The notes beneath the pieces are model-generated. The model saw only the letters and a program-made list of their open reading frames with translations. It was not told the origin of the DNA and did no database searches. The translations under genes were made by a program, and so were the position numbers. From Escherichia coli (lineage in GTDB: Bacteria; Pseudomonadota; Gammaproteobacteria; Enterobacterales; Enterobacteriaceae), in the NCBI RefSeq assembly GCF_916098175.1, contig NZ_OU701449.1: a DNA stretch of 24,000 bases; one strand, 5' to 3'. This document shows positions 21,050-24,000 of this stretch, piece by piece; within the stretch, counting starts at the first letter, position 1; each line of letters opens with the position of its first letter.

Positions 21050-23200
21050 TTAACGCCGCCGACGGCGTGGGGATTTCGTTTTTTCTTTCTTTTTAACTAT
21101 ACCTTCAGGGACTTCCGGTTGCTCTATCGGAAATACCGGTAATGCATCCAGTAGCCGCTTGCCGTAGTTTTTGGTGAGCAAGCGTTTATCGTAAATCACC
21201 ACTTCGCCCCAGCAACCGTGGCTTCGAATCAGTCGCCCAACCTGCTGAATCAGGTTAAACGAGGCGCTCGGCAGGCTTTGCACCTCAAACGGATAGCGGT
21301 TGAGGCTTTTCAGCCATTCCCCTTCGGTGATCACCACGGGGCTGTCGATGGGCGGAAAAGCGATTTTGTGGATATGCACCTGGCTGAGCAGATCGCCTTT
21401 CAGATCAAGCCCTTCGGCAAATGACTGTAAGCCCACCAGCACGCTGCGCTCACCGTTGCCGACGCGTTTGCGGTGCAGTTCAACTAAACGGTAACGCGGC
21501 TGATCGCCCTGCACCAGCAACATCAGGCGTAAATCCGTCACATAGTCGAGAAACCGCTGCATCGCCCGTCCGCTGGCAAACAGTACCAACATACCGAGAT
21601 GTTTTTTGCTCTCCACCTGCTCACGGAAAAAGGCTGCCATTTCAGCAATGTGCTGCTCTTCGTTGTCGATGGAAGGCTCAAAGCGCATCCGGGGAATAAC
21701 AATTTTGCCCTGTTCGCAGTGGTTAAAGGGCGAATCCAGCGCCACAAAGCGGTCGCCCGCTTTCTCTTTCAGACCACTCATCTCCTGCAAACGCGAAAAA
21801 CTGTTCAGCGAACGTAAGGTCGCGGAAGTGACAATAATGTGCGGAATACTGCGCCACAGCAGCCTTTCCAGCTGATCGCTGACACGAATACCCACACAGT
21901 GAAACCAGAGATGCAGCTGCCCTTCGCGCTCTTCCCGCGTCGCCCATTTGGTCACCGGCGCACCGGAAGATTGCGCCAGAGACGCCAGCCGCCAGAGTTT
22001 GCTTTGCGCCTCGAACATCCCCAGCGCGCGATTCATCTGCAAAATCAACCGATGCAGACGTACAATGTCATGGCTGCCGGTTTTCTCACTTAAATCGTTA
22101 AGAAATAACTCCGCCAGGCCACGCAGCATCTCGGTGAGTTTTGCCAGCCGCTGGCAGATCTCCAGCACTTCATCTGGCAGTTCGCCCATCGCAAAACGGT
22201 GCTCTGCCTCCTGCCCGGCAGGCATGTAGAGATTGAGAATGTTGTTTAACGAGGCGATAAGCTCATACAACTCTTCACAATGCGCATTCAAACGTTCAGG
22301 GATCGCCAGCGGCGGGATGGTCTTCGGGCGAAACTGCTCCATGCAGGTAGCGACCAGTTTCGTGAACAAGTCCAACTGTAGTCGATACCACGGCGCGGTG
22401 ATTTCGGCACTCATCTCCAGCGCATCCCGCGCCACATCTGGCAGGTGATGACCTTCGTCCAGCACCAGCAGCAAATTTTTCGGGTCAGGCAATACGGCTT
22501 CGCTTTCCATCGCCGCCATCACCAGCGCATGGTTTGCCACCACCACTTCCGCTTCCTGAATCTCCCGACGAGCGACAAAAAACGGGCATTCGCGATAGTA
22601 ATAACAGTTGCGGTTGAGGCAGCTGGCTTTGTCGGTACTTAAACGACGCCAGAGATCGTCATCTATAGCGATATCAGTATGATCGCGCAGACCATCCCAT
22701 TTATAAGTGTCGAGATCGCCCTTCAGCTTCGCACAACGTTTTTGCTCTTCCTGATTATTTGGCGTCAGTTCGTCGTCAAGAAACGCCAGCAGATCCTGTT
22801 GCGTGGGTTCAGTGCTGGCGAGCGCCGTCAGATTACGCGGGCAAACGTAGCGCCCACGCCCAAAAGCGGCAGTGAATTTAAGATCGGGAATGATCTTTTT
22901 CAGCAGCGGTAAATCTTTGCTGTAGATCTGATCCTGCAATGCCACGTTGGCGGTACTCACCACCAGCGTTTTTTGCTCTTCGCGGGCAATGGCGATGCCG
23001 GGAATCAAATAAGAGAGCGTTTTCCCAACGCCGGTGGGGGCTTCAATCGCCAGATGCCGCCCTTCTTCTCCGGCCAGCGTTTTGGCGACGTCCGCAATCA
23101 TCTGCCGCTGCGGCGCACGGGGAATAAAGTCGGGGATCTGTTCCTGAAGCGCCTTATACCAGGCGGCAATTTGCGCTTTAAGCGCGGCGGTTAATGCCAT
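21050..23200 (-). CDS. dinG: ATP-dependent 5'-3' DNA helicase DinG (XPD/Rad3-like, Fe-S cluster)
   Basis: 716 aa with Walker A APTGVGKT and the DEAH-type box VLDEGHHL. Four Fe-S cysteines are present (YVCPRN and CLNRNCYYYRECPFF). The C-terminus is a basic tail KSPRRRRR. Confidence 0.95.
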   Translation of the reverse strand: MALTAALKAQIAAWYKALQEQIPDFIPRAPQRQMIADVAKTLAGEEGRHLAIEAPTGVGKTLSYLIPGIAIAREEQKTLVVSTANVALQDQIYSKDLPLLKKIIPDLKFTAAFGRGRYVCPRNLTALASTEPTQQDLLAFLDDELTPNNQEEQKRCAKLKGDLDTYKWDGLRDHTDIAIDDDLWRRLSTDKASCLNRNCYYYRECPFFVARREIQEAEVVVANHALVMAAMESEAVLPDPKNLLLVLDEGHHLPDVARDALEMSAEITAPWYRLQLDLFTKLVATCMEQFRPKTIPPLAIPERLNAHCEELYELIASLNNILNLYMPAGQEAEHRFAMGELPDEVLEICQRLAKLTEMLRGLAELFLNDLSEKTGSHDIVRLHRLILQMNRALGMFEAQSKLWRLASLAQSSGAPVTKWATREEREGQLHLWFHCVGIRVSDQLERLLWRSIPHIIVTSATLRSLNSFSRLQEMSGLKEKAGDRFVALDSPFNHCEQGKIVIPRMRFEPSIDNEEQHIAEMAAFFREQVESKKHLGMLVLFASGRAMQRFLDYVTDLRLMLLVQGDQPRYRLVELHRKRVGNGERSVLVGLQSFAEGLDLKGDLLSQVHIHKIAFPPIDSPVVITEGEWLKSLNRYPFEVQSLPSASFNLIQQVGRLIRSHGCWGEVVIYDKRLLTKNYGKRLLDALPVFPIEQPEVPEGIVKKKEKTKSPRRRRR

Positions 23201-23214
23201 GAGAAAACCTGAAA

Positions 23215-23234
23215 TACTGTATAAACAGCCAATA
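23215..23234. promoter_or_regulatory. LexA (SOS) box of dinG
   Basis: tactgtataaacagccaata is the reverse complement of TATTGGCTGTTTATACAGTA, the non-canonical dinG SOS box I recall from the literature. One perfect half-site ACAGTA is present. It starts 15 bp upstream of the dinG ATG. Confidence 0.8.
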
Positions 23235-23370
23235 TTGTGGCATTTTTCGGTTTTCAGGGGTAATGGTTTTTCTGTTTCTGGAAAGCGGCTCGCAATAACG
23301 TTTTCCGGATGTGAAGTTTTCTCGCGGCAGAAGAAACATCATTGTGCAGCAAAAGACATTGTACATCAGC

Positions 23371-23652
23371 TTATTCCGCTGGCGGCCATTGCAGAGCGGT
23401 ATGTAAAACACGCAGTACCGAGAGCGTATCGCCCTCCACTTGATAGACAAGCACATAATGCGGCCTGACAACGGCTTCATGTGTACCAGCGACTCGTCCG
23501 GCCCGGTACATCTCCGGGCGTTCACAGGCCTGTTCCGCAATGGCTTCAAATTGATTATCAAGGGCTATTGCCGCTAGCGGATTATCTTTACTGATGTATT
23601 CCATGATTTGCTCCCTGTCAGACAGGGACATTGGCTTCCATTCCAGACGCAT
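23371..23652 (-). CDS. ParE/RelE-superfamily type II toxin (ParE2-like)
   Basis: 93 aa, MRLEWKPMSLSDREQIMEYISKDNPLAAIALDNQFEAIAEQACERPEMYRAGRVAGTHEAVVRPHYVLVYQVEGDTLSVLRVLHTALQWP. It shows the family pattern W.P.A..D...I..YI..DNP.AA.......E.....L...P..GR.GR..GT.E.VV...Y...Y.V.....V.ILRVLH....WP. Its ATG overlaps the upstream gene's TAA by 1 nt (TAATG). Confidence 0.85.
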   Translation of the reverse strand: MRLEWKPMSLSDREQIMEYISKDNPLAAIALDNQFEAIAEQACERPEMYRAGRVAGTHEAVVRPHYVLVYQVEGDTLSVLRVLHTALQWPPAE

Positions 23653-24000
23653 TAATCCCCCTTCAGCAAGGCTTTTTTACGGGCAGCAAATAGACTTTTG
23701 GCCTCTTCATGAGAGAGTGCCGGGCGTGGATCGTCAATGGCGGCCTGCACCTGCTCTCGAAACCAGGCATCATACGCGGCAGCTTCATGAGCTCGTTTTA
23801 ATGCCTCAGCCCTGTCTGGTCGGGTCGTTTTCTTCTGACCGTCCGGGTCGTAATTAGAGGCGTCGACTTCAAACCGGGCAATACCAACATCTTTCAGGTA
23901 GTTGACAACCGTTTCCAGCCGTTTGAACAGGCGGATTTGCCGACTGCGTTGTGCTGCAAGAGGCCGTTCAGTGTGGCCGTATTTCACGGTCAACGACCAG
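23652..24000 (-). CDS. PaaA2/ParD-like ('stability determinant') antitoxin with an uncharacterised N-terminal extension; the 5' end is probably outside the window
   Basis: The C-terminal 40 aa AYDAWFREQVQAAIDDPRPALSHEEAKSLFAARKKALLKGD match the PaaA2 pattern as I recall it (SYNEWLRAKVATSLADPRPAIPHDEV...). The frame has no stop up to position 24000. The only in-window start is a TTG at 23993, and there is no internal ATG or GTG before the conserved C-terminal region. Confidence 0.7.
   Translation of the reverse strand, partial: WSLTVKYGHTERPLAAQRSRQIRLFKRLETVVNYLKDVGIARFEVDASNYDPDGQKKTTRPDRAEALKRAHEAAAYDAWFREQVQAAIDDPRPALSHEEAKSLFAARKKALLKGD

Overview
This window is an Escherichia coli-type chromosomal segment. 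From memory, its gene order matches the K-12 block ybiT, ldtB, ybiR, mntR, mntS, opgE, ompX, rhtA, dps, glnHPQ, ybiO, rlmF, mcbA, fiu, ybiX, ybiI, ybiJ, hcxB, ybiB, dinG, read here in the opposite orientation to the K-12 map. All 20 complete genes are intact at the lengths I recall, with no frameshifts or pseudogenes. I corrected several ORF-track starts to the ATG or GTG that has a Shine-Dalgarno sequence and matches the known N-terminus (ompX, rhtA, dps, ybiO, rlmF, mcbA, ybiX). I also added three things the track misses: the 42-codon mntS gene, the ybiT fragment at the left edge, and an open-ended ORF at the right edge. Recognisable regulatory sites are a MntR box before mntS, the sigma-54 glnHp2 promoter with its NtrC and IHF sites, a Fur box before fiu, the dinG LexA box, and a set of intrinsic terminators and GC-rich intergenic repeats. 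Positions 1..23234 are ordinary core genome. I found no CRISPR array, IS element, tRNA, rRNA or unexplained gene cluster there. The only departure from the core layout is the last ~770 bp. Where I expect the divergent ybiA gene beyond the dinG promoter, there is a translationally coupled PaaA2/ParD-like antitoxin and a ParE/RelE-family toxin on the minus strand. The antitoxin ORF is still open at the window edge, so this may be the border of an accessory element lying mostly outside the window. The toxin and antitoxin belong to known families. The unexplained points are the N-terminal extension on the antitoxin and whatever lies beyond position 24000. I cannot support a claim that this window contains a complete undescribed system.
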